The position numbers were made by a program, and so were the translations under genes. 64,000 nucleotides of DNA, taken from an uncultured Solirubrobacterales bacterium (GTDB lineage: Bacteria; Actinomycetota; Thermoleophilia; Solirubrobacterales; Solirubrobacteraceae). Below are positions 41,107-51,138 of the stretch, piece after piece. The DNA lies in the NCBI GenBank assembly GCA_963726465.1, contig CAVSCQ010000021.1, forward strand, positions 46,599 to 110,598, given 5' to 3'. Under the pieces are notes generated by a model. That model saw only the letters and a program-made list of their open reading frames with translations. It did not search any database and was not told where the DNA came from. Position 1 is the first letter of the stretch. Every line of letters starts with the position of its first letter.

Positions 41107-41970
41107 ATGACTTCCGTCGCCGTCGTAGCCGACTCCACCAACTACCTGCCGCGCGAGCTGGCGGACAAAGAAGGCATCCGTCAGGTCAGTCTGTACGTCG
41201 GCTGGCAGGACGACCGCAAGCGCGAGATTGACTTGGAGTCGTTTGACGCGTTCTACGAGCGTCTGCGGACCGACCCTGACCTGCCCACGACCTCGCAGCC
41301 TTCAATCGGCGATTTTCTGGCCGTCTGGGAGCCCTTGCTCGACGAAGGCAAGGACATCGTCTCGGTGCACTTGGCGGGAGGCATCTCGGGCACTTGCGAA
41401 GCCGCGCGCCAAGCCCACGGCCTGTTGGTCGAGCGGGGCTTGGGCGAGCGTGTGGAGGTGCTCGACGGCGAAACTGCGTGTGGCGGCCTTGGCCTATTGC
41501 TGCTTGCCGCCGCCGCGGCTGCGCGCGAAGGCGCGGACAAGCAGGCGGTAGCCGAGCGCGTACACGAGGCGCGCAAGGCTTTGAAAATCTGGTTTTGCGT
41601 GGACACGCTCGAGTACTTGAAGCGCGGCGGGCGCGTCGGCAAGGCGCAGGCGTGGATCGGCGGCACTTTGAAGATCAAGCCGATCCTCTCGCTTGAGTAT
41701 GAGATCACGCCGGTGGAGCGGGTCCGCACCGCCAAGCGAGCTTTCGAGCGCATGGTCCAATACGCCCACGAGCTGCAAGATAGCGGCGCCGACCGCTGGG
41801 TAGTGCAACACATCCAAGCCCACGAGCAGGCCGAGCGCCTGATCGAGCGCTGCCGCGAGATCTTTGGCTCGGAGCCGATCTTCGCCTCCGAGGTGGGACC
41901 GGTGATCGGCACCTATACGGGGCCGGGCCTGCTCGGCGTCGGAGCCTTGCCAAACGCGCTTGTGTCCTGA
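41107..41970 (+). CDS. DegV/FakB fatty-acid-binding protein
   Basis: DST, TTSQPS, SGT, LEYLKRGGRVG, IKPIL. Confidence 0.92.
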   Translation: MTSVAVVADSTNYLPRELADKEGIRQVSLYVGWQDDRKREIDLESFDAFYERLRTDPDLPTTSQPSIGDFLAVWEPLLDEGKDIVSVHLAGGISGTCEAARQAHGLLVERGLGERVEVLDGETACGGLGLLLLAAAAAAREGADKQAVAERVHEARKALKIWFCVDTLEYLKRGGRVGKAQAWIGGTLKIKPILSLEYEITPVERVRTAKRAFERMVQYAHELQDSGADRWVVQHIQAHEQAERLIERCREIFGSEPIFASEVGPVIGTYTGPGLLGVGALPNALVS

Positions 41971-41976
41971 ACGTCC

Positions 41977-42192
41977 TTAGGAGCGGCGTTTTTTGCGCCT
42001 ACGACGGCGCCCCAAGAGCAGTACGCCTACGACACCTACCCCGATCGCAATCTCGCGCTGGTGGCGCTCGATATGACCACGCCAATCGGTGAGGCGCGCC
42101 ACTTCGGTGTGCAGGTTGCCCAGTGAGAGCGCCAGCTCGGCGCGGTTGGACTCGATCGAGTCGCGGATCTCAGCTGCCGTGCGTTGTGCCAT
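41977..42192 (-). CDS. DUF3618-like small protein
   Basis: RTAAEIRDSIESNRAELA, C-terminal TM and basic tail. Confidence 0.7.
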   Translation of the reverse strand: MAQRTAAEIRDSIESNRAELALSLGNLHTEVARLTDWRGHIERHQREIAIGVGVVGVLLLGRRRRRKKRRS

Positions 42193-42754
42193 CGACGGTC
42201 CCCCTTCCAAGATCTGATCCGTTTGCCACGGGCACGGCCGGCGGCACCGGTGTTGGAGTCGACGCGGCGGGCGTCGCGGCCACCGGAGCAGGTTTGGCAG
42301 CAGGCGAGCCGGAAGGGAAGGCTGGCGTCTCGGAGGAGGAGCTGACCGTCTCGCGGATCTTGCGTGCCTCCTCGATCGCCATGTTCGGCGTCGGAGGCGA
42401 GCCAGCCTTGACGGCCCTGTAGGCGAGTAGGCCGGCAATCACGCCGAGTACCACGAGGATCAAAGCCATCGCGAAGAATCCCCAGAAGTAGGTGAATTCG
42501 TTTCCGATCGGCAGCTCGTAATAGAGCAGCCAAGCACAACCGATCAGGATGAAGAACAGGGCCGTAAAGAAGAAGACGCCGGCCACGATCGCCACGATCG
42601 CGCCTCGGGCCAGGCGGGTCGCCTTCTCGGTGATCTCCGTCTTGGCTAGCTCTATCTCCTCGCGGACCAGGACGCTCGCGCGCTCGCTCACCTCGGTGAT
42701 CGTTGCGGCGATGCCAGGTTGGCGGTCCCCGCCGGGGCCCGCGCCGCTACTCAC
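42170..42754 (-). CDS. Actinobacterial holin-X-like membrane protein
   Basis: LVREEIELAKTE, two TM helices. Confidence 0.75.
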   Translation of the reverse strand: MSSGAGPGGDRQPGIAATITEVSERASVLVREEIELAKTEITEKATRLARGAIVAIVAGVFFFTALFFILIGCAWLLYYELPIGNEFTYFWGFFAMALILVVLGVIAGLLAYRAVKAGSPPTPNMAIEEARKIRETVSSSSETPAFPSGSPAAKPAPVAATPAASTPTPVPPAVPVANGSDLGRGTVDGTTHGS

Positions 42755-42885
42755 TCCGGAGGCTCCTCGTCGAACAGCCTCCTCCACACGGCGCTCGCGG
42801 TGCGCTGCGTGAGGATGCTCGCTAGGGCGCCCACGGCCGTCAACAGGCCAGACCACATCATCTTCTTTATAAGCTCGTTCTCCAT
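42751..42885 (-). CDS. DUF4235-like small membrane protein
   Basis: 44 aa ending VWRRLFDEEPPE; TACACT 7 nt before ATG. Confidence 0.6.
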   Translation of the reverse strand: MENELIKKMMWSGLLTAVGALASILTQRTASAVWRRLFDEEPPE

Positions 42886-42941
42886 CCGCGGAAGTGTAGT
42901 GACCGCCCGGGACGAGCACTGCTTCGACCTAGACTGGGTGG

Positions 42942-43568
42942 ATGGCTGAAGTGCCCGTCCAGGACTTCCCCCTGTTTCCGTTGGGAATCGTGGCGCTCCC
43001 AACCGAGAGTGTTCCTCTGCACGTATTCGAGCACCGCTTCCGCACGATGATCGAGGAGTGCTTGGAAGGCGAGAGCGAGTTCGGAATCGTGTGGCTGTCG
43101 GAGGAGGAGCTCAAGCCGGTGGGCTGCGCTTGTGAGATCGAGCGTGTGCTGGATCGTGAGGATGACGGCCGCTTCACGATCTTGGTGCGGGGAACGCGCG
43201 TCTTTCGCTTGCTCGAGCGTCAGGACGATCTCCCCTATCCGGCCGGGATCGTCGAGTTTTTGGAGGAGCAGGAGGAGCCGTTCGACAAGGAGGCCGCGAG
43301 CGAGGCCAAAGAGCTGTATGGCGAGCTGGTGGAGACCGCCACCGACCGCACCCTCTCAGACCAAGAACTGGGGGCGCTGGGGGCCTACAGCATGGCCGCC
43401 ACGGTGGACTTTGGCGTCGAGGCTAAGCAGGAGCTGCTGGAGCTGCGCTCGGAGAACGCTCGCCTGCGTTTGCTTACGCTCTTGTTCAGAGCAGCGATCA
43501 AGCAGCTGGAGTTGAGCGAGCGCGCCCAGACCAGAGCTCACTCCAACGGCAAGGTCCACTTCACCTGA
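42942..43568 (+). CDS. LON substrate-binding domain protein
   Basis: PLFPL, PLHVFEHRFRTMI, KQELLE. Confidence 0.88.
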   Translation: MAEVPVQDFPLFPLGIVALPTESVPLHVFEHRFRTMIEECLEGESEFGIVWLSEEELKPVGCACEIERVLDREDDGRFTILVRGTRVFRLLERQDDLPYPAGIVEFLEEQEEPFDKEAASEAKELYGELVETATDRTLSDQELGALGAYSMAATVDFGVEAKQELLELRSENARLRLLTLLFRAAIKQLELSERAQTRAHSNGKVHFT

Positions 43569-43575
43569 GTGCTGC

Positions 43576-44022
43576 TCAAGCCCCCTGCTGGGAGAGGCCG
43601 CACACACCCTGGGCCACACTGAGCACGAACCCGGCCAGCTTGCGCGTCGCCGACGGTTGGTGGGCCGAGTTGTCGCTGAAGCGCACACTACCGTTGGCAT
43701 CGCGCACGTAATAGCTGAGCACCGAACCAGGCTTGGCGGGCAACGACTCATGTTCGGAGGCGGGGCCTTCGAGGCTTTCTTGGATCGTGCGCGCTTCGAT
43801 GATCTGAGGGTCGCTCAGATGCCGCGCGAGCCCACCATTGCAGTGAACGACCCCTTCTTCGTTGACCAGCATCGTCAGTTTCGCCCCGGGGGCGCTCCCG
43901 CTGCGATAGACGATGAACAGGTCAGGCGAGACGACACCGCTGCAGCCGCTGGCAAGTAGCGCCGCGCACACGCAGAGCACCGCCAGGGACAACAAAGCAA
44001 AGGGGTGCCCAGGACGTCTCAT
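43576..44022 (-). CDS. Putative lipoprotein
   Basis: LLASGC lipobox; ATGA overlap with ggt stop. Confidence 0.65.
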   Translation of the reverse strand: MRRPGHPFALLSLAVLCVCAALLASGCSGVVSPDLFIVYRSGSAPGAKLTMLVNEEGVVHCNGGLARHLSDPQIIEARTIQESLEGPASEHESLPAKPGSVLSYYVRDANGSVRFSDNSAHQPSATRKLAGFVLSVAQGVCGLSQQGA

Positions 44023-45494
44023 GCAAGCACCGCTACGCCGCCCCGGCGCGGGTCGCCCGCGCCGCTCAGCTCGCCGTTGCGCCGCTCGACAGCTTGGACT
44101 CCTCCGAAGAACAGGTTGAGATCGTGAAAGCGCACCACCTCGCGCTCGCTGCCCGGCGAGCTTGCCGGCTCGAGACCGGGCTCGTGGTAGACGATCCCGT
44201 TCTCGAAGTGCGCACGCGGAGCCTGGACCGCTTCGGGCGCACTCAAGCCGCGGTCCACTACACCCACGATCGTCTGCAATAGGGCTGAGCGAATTCTGTT
44301 GGAGCCGGCGCTGCCCAACACCAATTCGACATCCCCCTCGCGCATAACCACCGAGGGAGCCATCATGCTCGGCATCCGTCGTCCGGCCGGATGACTGTGG
44401 AAACCGAGCGGGCTGAGATCCTCCTCGCCCATCACGTTGTTCAAGTGAATTCCTGTGCCGGGCACCACTACCCCGGAACCCTCGCCGTTGGTGCACGTCA
44501 CAGAACACGCACGCCCACGCGCGTCCAACACAGAGATATGGGTCGTCGAACCGAGTCGTGAGGAAAGAAAGCACGACCCAAACCCCTCCTCACCCAGCCC
44601 TTGAACAAACTCGGATGTACGCTCTGCTTGGGCCGCTTCCATCGCGCCGATCACGGCCTGCAACGTTGGGGGCGAAGGTTGCCTGTCAAGCAGGCCGAGT
44701 GAATAGGCGAGCAAAGTGCCTCCGGCTGAGGGCGGCGGGTTGGTGAGGACCTCGCGGTCGCGGTAGCTCATCCGCAGAGGCTCGCGCTCTATTGCTTCAT
44801 AGCCCGACAGCTCCTGCTTATCAAGCGATCCTCCCCGCTCATCCAGCCAAGCACAAACGGCGTCGGCGATATCACCGCTATAGAAGGGACGCGCGCCCTC
44901 CTGGCCGAGCCTGGCCAAGGCGTCGCCGAGGTCTGGGTTGAGCAATAGCTCGCCCTCGCGCAGGACCCTTCCTTCGGGCGCCCACAGGGCGGCGCACTCG
45001 GGCGTCGAGCGCAACAGATCGGCGAGGATCTCCACGATGTAGGCCTGTCCCGCGTTGACCCTGACCCCTTCCCTGGCCAGCTTCGCGGCCGGCGCGGCCA
45101 GCTCGGCAAGGCCCATCGTCCCCCAGCGTTTGGCCGCCTCGCAAACTCCAGCCGGCGCACCGTATACACCACAGGAGGCGGGGCCTATGTAGAACACTTG
45201 GACGGCGTCTCCGAAGGACACGTCCACAGCTTCGAGCTCGGCCGCACTTCCGTCGGTGGCGCGCGTAGGGGCTTGCACGAAGAAGTCGAGCAAGGTAGGT
45301 GTCTCTCCCCCGCCCGCCACCATCATGTAGCCGCCCGCCCCCAGGCCGGTTAGCAGGGGCTCGGCCGCAAACGAGGTGAGCATCGCCCCGACAGCCGCAT
45401 CAACAGCGTTGCCGCCTTCACGCAGCACCCGCGCTCCAGCCTCGGCGGTGAGCGGATGCCCGGCCGCCACGACCCCCTTCTCAGCCTGCTTCAT
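44019..45494 (-). CDS. ggt: Gamma-glutamyltransferase
   Basis: GGNAVDAAV, TTHISV nucleophile, SMMAPS, GSAGSNRI, DPRRGG. Confidence 0.9.
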   Translation of the reverse strand: MKQAEKGVVAAGHPLTAEAGARVLREGGNAVDAAVGAMLTSFAAEPLLTGLGAGGYMMVAGGGETPTLLDFFVQAPTRATDGSAAELEAVDVSFGDAVQVFYIGPASCGVYGAPAGVCEAAKRWGTMGLAELAAPAAKLAREGVRVNAGQAYIVEILADLLRSTPECAALWAPEGRVLREGELLLNPDLGDALARLGQEGARPFYSGDIADAVCAWLDERGGSLDKQELSGYEAIEREPLRMSYRDREVLTNPPPSAGGTLLAYSLGLLDRQPSPPTLQAVIGAMEAAQAERTSEFVQGLGEEGFGSCFLSSRLGSTTHISVLDARGRACSVTCTNGEGSGVVVPGTGIHLNNVMGEEDLSPLGFHSHPAGRRMPSMMAPSVVMREGDVELVLGSAGSNRIRSALLQTIVGVVDRGLSAPEAVQAPRAHFENGIVYHEPGLEPASSPGSEREVVRFHDLNLFFGGVQAVERRNGELSGAGDPRRGGVAVLA

Positions 45495-45542
45495 GCAGTC
45501 AGATTGACACGAGCGCCATCTGAGCGTCGATGGCGCTCAGAT

Positions 45543-47096
45543 CTAGAAGTTCGGAATGAACTCCGGCACGTCCATATCGGAGACCGCCAGGCCTCCGCGG
45601 CGCGACTGACGCTCGCCGCGCGCAGGCCTCGCGTCACGGGCCGAGGGGCCGGTGCGCTTGACGCGTGGCTCGCCGTCGGGTTCGCGCATCGGCGGACGTG
45701 AGCCCTTGACGCCGTAGCCGGTGGCCACGACGGTCACCCAGACTTGGTCGTCGAGCTTCTCGTCGACCATCGCCCCGAAAATGATGTTGGCATCGGGATG
45801 GGCTGCCTCGGAGACGGCCTTGGCCGCCTCGTTGACCTCCCACAGGGATAGGTCCCGTCCGCCGGTAATCGACAACAGGATCGAGCGGGCACCCTCCATC
45901 GAGGTTTCGAGCAGAGGCGAGGCGACCGCCTGGGCGGCGGCCTCGGGTGCCCTGTTCTCGCCCACTCCCATGCCGATCCCAAGCAAAGCGTTGCCGGCGT
46001 CGGACATGATCGTGCGCACGTCGGCGAAGTCGAGATTGATCAAGCCGGGGAGGGTGACCAGGTCGGAGATACCTTGGACGCCTTGGCGCAAGACGTCGTC
46101 GGCGACCCTGAAAGCCTCGACCATGGCGGTGGCCTTGTCGAGGACGCTGAGCAGCCGGTTGTTGGGCACCACGATCAAGGTGTCCACCTCCTCGGCCAAG
46201 GTCTCCACGCCACGATCGGCCTGGGCTGCGCGCCGTGAACCCTCGAAGCCGAACGGCTTGGTCACGATCGCAACGGTCAAAGCCCCCACCTCGCGTGCGA
46301 TGCGCGCCACGATCGGGGCGGCGCCTGTACCGGTGCCACCTCCGGCTCCCGCCGTGATGAAGATCATGTCGGAGCCCTTCAGGAGGGCCTTGACACGGTC
46401 GTAGTCGTCCATCGCGGCTTGGCGACCGACTTCCGCGTCCGAGCCTGAGCCAAGGCCGCGTGTGAGCTCGGCGCCGATGTGCAGGGTGATGTCGGCCGTG
46501 GACTGCTGCAAGGACTGCAGGTCTGTGTTGATCGCGAGGAACTCGACGCCCTCGACTTCGGCCTCGACCATTCGGTTGACCGCGTTGGTGCCGGCTCCGC
46601 CCACGCCCACCACGCGGATCACGGGCTGGGTCACGGGCATCGCTTCGCCGAAGGGGCGCGACTCTTCGCGCACGTAGCTGTCGCTGGCCGATCGGCGATC
46701 CCGTCGATCGTCGATCGGTGGGGGCATCGGCGCGGCCGGCGCCGGCGCTGACTCCCGGACCGGCGTGTCCATCACGTCGTCGGGAATCTCCGAGGAGAAA
46801 GCGTGGCGCAGGCGCTCCTGGGGGGTGGGGACGCGTGACGAGCTCTCGTCGAGGCCCGGGTCGAGCGACGGATGGGGCACAGACGCATCGCGCTGCTGCT
46901 CGACTCCAGCCGACGGCGAGCTCATGGCCTCGGCGGCCGGCTCACTGACTCCGGCGGGCGCCTGCCCCCCGGCATGGGGGGTGGCCGCGTCGAGCGGCGG
47001 AGACTGCTCGGCGGGATCTTTCTCAAGATCCTCGGTCTTGCGGAAGAGGGCCGCCAAAGGCCCTTCTCGCATCGATGCCCGCTTAGGATTTGCCAT
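45543..47096 (-). CDS. ftsZ: Cell division protein FtsZ with ~155-aa N-terminal extension
   Basis: VVGVGGAG, GGGTGTG, PFGFEG, NLDFADV, C-terminal DVPEF. Confidence 0.96.
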   Translation of the reverse strand: MANPKRASMREGPLAALFRKTEDLEKDPAEQSPPLDAATPHAGGQAPAGVSEPAAEAMSSPSAGVEQQRDASVPHPSLDPGLDESSSRVPTPQERLRHAFSSEIPDDVMDTPVRESAPAPAAPMPPPIDDRRDRRSASDSYVREESRPFGEAMPVTQPVIRVVGVGGAGTNAVNRMVEAEVEGVEFLAINTDLQSLQQSTADITLHIGAELTRGLGSGSDAEVGRQAAMDDYDRVKALLKGSDMIFITAGAGGGTGTGAAPIVARIAREVGALTVAIVTKPFGFEGSRRAAQADRGVETLAEEVDTLIVVPNNRLLSVLDKATAMVEAFRVADDVLRQGVQGISDLVTLPGLINLDFADVRTIMSDAGNALLGIGMGVGENRAPEAAAQAVASPLLETSMEGARSILLSITGGRDLSLWEVNEAAKAVSEAAHPDANIIFGAMVDEKLDDQVWVTVVATGYGVKGSRPPMREPDGEPRVKRTGPSARDARPARGERQSRRGGLAVSDMDVPEFIPNF

Positions 47097-47851
47097 GAGC
47101 CAGAGACCTCCTGTGCCAGCTGGCGATAGGACTGCGCAGCGACACCATCCGGCTCGTACTTGAGCACCGACATTCCCTTCACGGGGGCCTCAGCGAAACG
47201 CACCGTCTTGCGTATGCGCGAAGCAAACACGCGGTCGCCGAAGTTCTCCTCGAGGATCTCGATTGCCTCCTTGGCATGGATCGTGCGCGAATCGACCAGC
47301 GTCGGGAGGATTCCCTCGATATCGACGTCTGGATTGAGGTTCTCGCGAATCATTGCCAGGGTGTTTTGCAACTGGATGAGCCCACGCATCGACAAATACT
47401 CACACTGCACGGGCACAATAACCTTGTTGGCGGCGGTAAGAGCGTTGATCGTCAACAGGCCCAGGCTCGGGGGCGTGTCGATGCAAATGAAGTCGTAGTC
47501 CTCCATGATCGGCTCGAACGCCTTTTGCAAAGAGCGCTCGCGTCCGATCATCGTGGACATCGCGATCTCGGCCCCGGCCAGGTCGATCGAGGCACAGGCC
47601 ACGTCGATCTCGCGTTTGCGGATCACCTCTCTGATGGTGGCACGCTGGGTGAGCACGTCATACATCGACAGCTCGAGCGTGTCGGGGTCGATGCCTTGGG
47701 ACATCGTGAGGTTGCCTTGAGGGTCCATGTCGACGCACAGCACGCGATGTCCCTCCTCCGCAAATGCGGCGGCAAGGTTGAGTGTCGTCGTTGTCTTGGC
47801 CACGCCGCCCTTCTGATTGGCGAAAGCGATGACCTTGGCCCGTGCAGTCAC
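47083..47851 (-). CDS. ParA/Soj-family ATPase (probable 1-bp indel near 3' end; as given it reads to 46922)
   Basis: NQKGGVAKTT, DMDPQGN, IDTPPSLG, EAP; removing one base near 47105 gives ...AQEVLAHGKS* overlapping the ftsZ start. Confidence 0.9.
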
Positions 47852-48029
47852 GGCAGGCTCCGATGGTCGAATTTTGGAAAGCCGTCGAGCTTCACTATTC
47901 GCACAGCGCTGCGCGATTCCTGCTCGGATAGGAGTGGGGATGGGGCGTGCGTACGGGTTACTCCCGGGCCACCGCGCATGGTCCGTTAGCCACCAGACCC
48001 CAAGGCGCGTGCCCCCCTAGGATCCCCCG

Positions 48030-49148
48030 GTGCCGTCAAGTCACATTCCGATGGAGCAGCGCCTTCAGGACAAGCGGGTGTGCGTGTGCGTGGGCGCCGG
48101 CGGCGTGGGCAAGACCACGATCTCGGCAGCGCTTGGCCTGGGACTCGCCGCGAGGGGGCACAAGGTGGCGGTCGTGAGCATCGACCCGGCCAAGCGCTTG
48201 GCGGGCGCACTTGGGTTGAAGGAGCTCACTGGAGAGCCCCATAAGCTGGACGAGGACACGCTGGCCGAGCACGGCATCTCGCTTCGGGGCGAGCTGTGGG
48301 CGATGGTCCTCGACTCGAAGGGAACCTTCGACGACTTGATCTCGCGCCTGTCTCCCGACGAGCGCACGCGCGATGAAGTCCTTTCAAATCGCATCTATCG
48401 GGAGCTGTCTTCCGCCATGGCGGGCTCACAGGAGTTCACGGCCGTGGCAAAGCTGTATGAGCTGCACAAGAGCGGCGAGTGGGATGCAATCGTGCTCGAC
48501 ACGCCTCCTTCGCGTGATGCCTTGGACTTCCTCGACGCGCCAGATCGGCTCACGCGGTTCTTGGAGGGCAGAGCCTTGAAGGTCCTGATGGCGCCGACGA
48601 GTGTGACGCGCGGACTACTGGGACGCGGGGCCGGCTTGATGATGGCTATGTTCGCGAAGGTTACGGGCGTCAACATGATCGAGGAGCTTTCGTCCTTCTT
48701 TGGCGCGCTCGCCGGGCTCACCGATGGCTTCTCCGAGCGCGCGCGCGGTGTGGAGCAACTGCTGCGCGACCCGCAGACCGGCTTTTTGATCGTGACTTCG
48801 CCCGAGCACGAGCCTTCGCGCGAGGCTGGTTTCCTGCACGCTCAACTGGCACGCGAAGATATGAGCTTCGCGGGGCTGATCGTCAATCGCTTCCAGGACC
48901 AAGGACTCGAAGGACACACACCGGAGCAGGTGGCGGATCTGCTTGCGGCCCCGCTCGATCCCGGCCTGGCGACCCGCTTGGCGGCCAACCTGGCCGACCT
49001 TGATGTATTGGCGCGACGCGACCGCGAGAGCGTGGCGGGGTTGTCACGCGATCTCGACGAAGCGCAGCCGCTGCTGGTGGCTCAGCTGACCGGCGACGTA
49101 CATGATCTGGGAGGCCTCTCGGCAATCGCCGAGCAGCTCTTTGGGTGA
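48030..49148 (+). CDS. ArsA/Get3-family ATPase
   Basis: GAGGVGKTT, IDPAKRLA, LDTPP. Confidence 0.9.
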   Translation: MPSSHIPMEQRLQDKRVCVCVGAGGVGKTTISAALGLGLAARGHKVAVVSIDPAKRLAGALGLKELTGEPHKLDEDTLAEHGISLRGELWAMVLDSKGTFDDLISRLSPDERTRDEVLSNRIYRELSSAMAGSQEFTAVAKLYELHKSGEWDAIVLDTPPSRDALDFLDAPDRLTRFLEGRALKVLMAPTSVTRGLLGRGAGLMMAMFAKVTGVNMIEELSSFFGALAGLTDGFSERARGVEQLLRDPQTGFLIVTSPEHEPSREAGFLHAQLAREDMSFAGLIVNRFQDQGLEGHTPEQVADLLAAPLDPGLATRLAANLADLDVLARRDRESVAGLSRDLDEAQPLLVAQLTGDVHDLGGLSAIAEQLFG

Positions 49149-49165
49149 GCGCGTCCGAGCCGCGG

Positions 49166-50515
49166 TCAGGACGCGGCAGCCAAAGCTTGCTGTTGGACCG
49201 ACTCGGGCTCCTCTTGGAGCTCCTCGCCCGAGAGCAGAAGCTCGTCCGCAAGGGATACAAGATCGGAAGGGAGATGGCCGCAGACCACGTCGCGCAGGAG
49301 CGCGCGCAGGTGATCAGAGAGATCGCGCGCCAAGGCCAGGCCGCTTGCACGTTCGACGGCAGTGCCCGCGATCGCATCGCGCTCGAGGGCGATCGCGCGC
49401 AAAGTCCGTTCAGTCAGCGCGGCGCGCTTGTCCGGCGTGGCGCACAAAGCCGCTAGGCGTCCCGCCAGCAGACCGTCGGGCGAGCCATGGGGCTCAAGCT
49501 CTGAAGGTCCTCCCAGGAGCGCCCGCAAGGCGAGCAGGTGGTCGCTGATGCCCTCGTACTCTGAAGCTCGCTCGCAGCCGAGCTCAAACCGCCGCAATGC
49601 CCACGCGATCTCGTTTTCGTGGGGTGCTCTGCGCGAGACCAGATTGCAGAAGGCTCGCACCTCGTCCTCTTGCTCTGCGCTTACAAGGAGCATCCCGTGA
49701 GGACGCCCGCCTGTCCCAAGCGCGATCGGGCTCCAGGGACCGGAGCCGACCCGCGTCCAGGCGAGCGAGCCGAGAGATATGCGTCCGTCGCCGAACAGGC
49801 GCAAAGCGCGCAACAGCTCGCGCACAACCTCGACCCCGTGTGCGAGACCGGTGCGCGGGTCGGGATCCTCGGCGGTGAAGACGACCAGGAGGTGTTCCTG
49901 CCGGCCGCCCGCGAGTGTGCCCAGAGCCTGCTCGGGCGCACCATGTAGAGCGTCGGGTTGAGCGAGCAGGAGACCCCGCGTGAGCGGAATCTCGGGTGAG
50001 GAGATCGTTAGGCCGTGGAGTGTGGCCACGAGCGTGAGCTCGGCGGATGCGGCGGCGAAGGTCGAGTCCTCAAGGCGCTCCAAGGCTCGCTCGAGACGCT
50101 CAGGATGGCGATCGAGCAAGCCATCGAAGTCGGTCTGCTCGGCGCACACCTCTTGCAGGAGCGCAAGCAGCGCTGCATCGCAACGCCCCCTGCCCGTGCC
50201 GCCGCCGAGCCGACGCTCGCGCGCGTCGAGCAGGCCGCGGGAGAGCAGGTAGCGGTCGAGCCCGTCGAACGCGTCGAGCAGGGCGGCCGCGGGCGCGTAG
50301 GCGTCGAGCCCACGCAAGGAGGGAAAGCGTTCGGCGACATAGGCGTCGGTGAGCGGCTGGTAGCAGTACAGGGGCGAGGCTCCCCGTCGCCCGCGCCCAG
50401 TCTGGGTGGCCAGCTCGAACGGAACCTCCTGGCCAGCCAGCACGTCCGCGTGCAGGCGGGCGGTCGCCTGGGCGACGAACTCGGTGAGCGCGGCTTGCAA
50501 CTGGAGGGATCGCAC
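49166..50515 (-). CDS. Hypothetical protein with C-terminal ApeA-type HEPN-like helical domain (degenerate)
   Basis: ALRRFELGCER...DHLLALRALL...RLAALC pattern; GTG start inferred. Confidence 0.55.
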   Translation of the reverse strand: MRSLQLQAALTEFVAQATARLHADVLAGQEVPFELATQTGRGRRGASPLYCYQPLTDAYVAERFPSLRGLDAYAPAAALLDAFDGLDRYLLSRGLLDARERRLGGGTGRGRCDAALLALLQEVCAEQTDFDGLLDRHPERLERALERLEDSTFAAASAELTLVATLHGLTISSPEIPLTRGLLLAQPDALHGAPEQALGTLAGGRQEHLLVVFTAEDPDPRTGLAHGVEVVRELLRALRLFGDGRISLGSLAWTRVGSGPWSPIALGTGGRPHGMLLVSAEQEDEVRAFCNLVSRRAPHENEIAWALRRFELGCERASEYEGISDHLLALRALLGGPSELEPHGSPDGLLAGRLAALCATPDKRAALTERTLRAIALERDAIAGTAVERASGLALARDLSDHLRALLRDVVCGHLPSDLVSLADELLLSGEELQEEPESVQQQALAAAS

Positions 50516-50641
50516 GATTGGCTGTTCGCCGCAAGCGCATTCGCTCCTGCTCGGCGCAGCGACTCTTGCGGCTAGGACGCGCGTACCGAGCGACGTGTGC
50601 CCGACAGTGCGTGCAGGCCGGCCCGACACTGCCGACGGGCG

Positions 50642-50998
50642 TTAAGCCGCGGCCACCGCTAGCACGGTGGCAACCGCGTCTTCGCAGTCTGCGCCAAGCC
50701 AGCGCTCTCCGTAGGAGCGCATGTCCTCGATGATCGGCAGCAGAGCCAAACCCTTTTCGGTGAGCGCGTACTCCACGCGCGGAGGCACTTCAGGAAAGGT
50801 GTGGCGCTCAACGATGCCCTCATCCTCCAGCGCTCGCAATCGCAGGGACAGCGTGCGAGGACTGATCCCCGACAGGGAGCGCTCCAGCTCGCAGAAGCGT
50901 GAGCGTCCCTCAGCGAGGTCGCGTACAAGTAGAAGCGTCCACTTGCCGCACACCACTTCCGCGGTGCGACAAACAGGACAGGTCTCATCAACGGCCAT
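50642..50998 (-). CDS. HxlR-family wHTH regulator
   Basis: CPV, GKWTLLLVRDL, ISPRTLS, VPPRVEYALT. Confidence 0.92.
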   Translation of the reverse strand: MAVDETCPVCRTAEVVCGKWTLLLVRDLAEGRSRFCELERSLSGISPRTLSLRLRALEDEGIVERHTFPEVPPRVEYALTEKGLALLPIIEDMRSYGERWLGADCEDAVATVLAVAAA

Positions 50999-51007
50999 TT
51001 CAACCTT

Positions 51008-51026
51008 TACTTTACCAAGTGAAGTA
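51008..51026. promoter_or_regulatory. Putative HxlR autoregulatory operator
   Basis: TACTT-N9-AAGTA, 10 bp upstream of start. Confidence 0.45.
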
Positions 51027-51138
51027 CTGGAAGACCCGCGGGTGCGGCGGTTTAGCAGACCGCGACGGGCGTGTTCGCCCGGGTGCCGCAGGGGTGACAG
51101 GCGCGATGGACGCAGCAAGCCTGACAGGGCGCGATGGC

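Noticed and set aside
42170-42754. Prophage lysis gene
   Set aside because: Holin-X/DUF3618/DUF4235-type clusters are ordinary chromosomal loci; no phage genes nearby.
46922-47082. Real C-terminal extension of ParA overlapping ftsZ
   Set aside because: A single-base deletion near 47105 gives a normal end at 47083; likely a sequencing indel.
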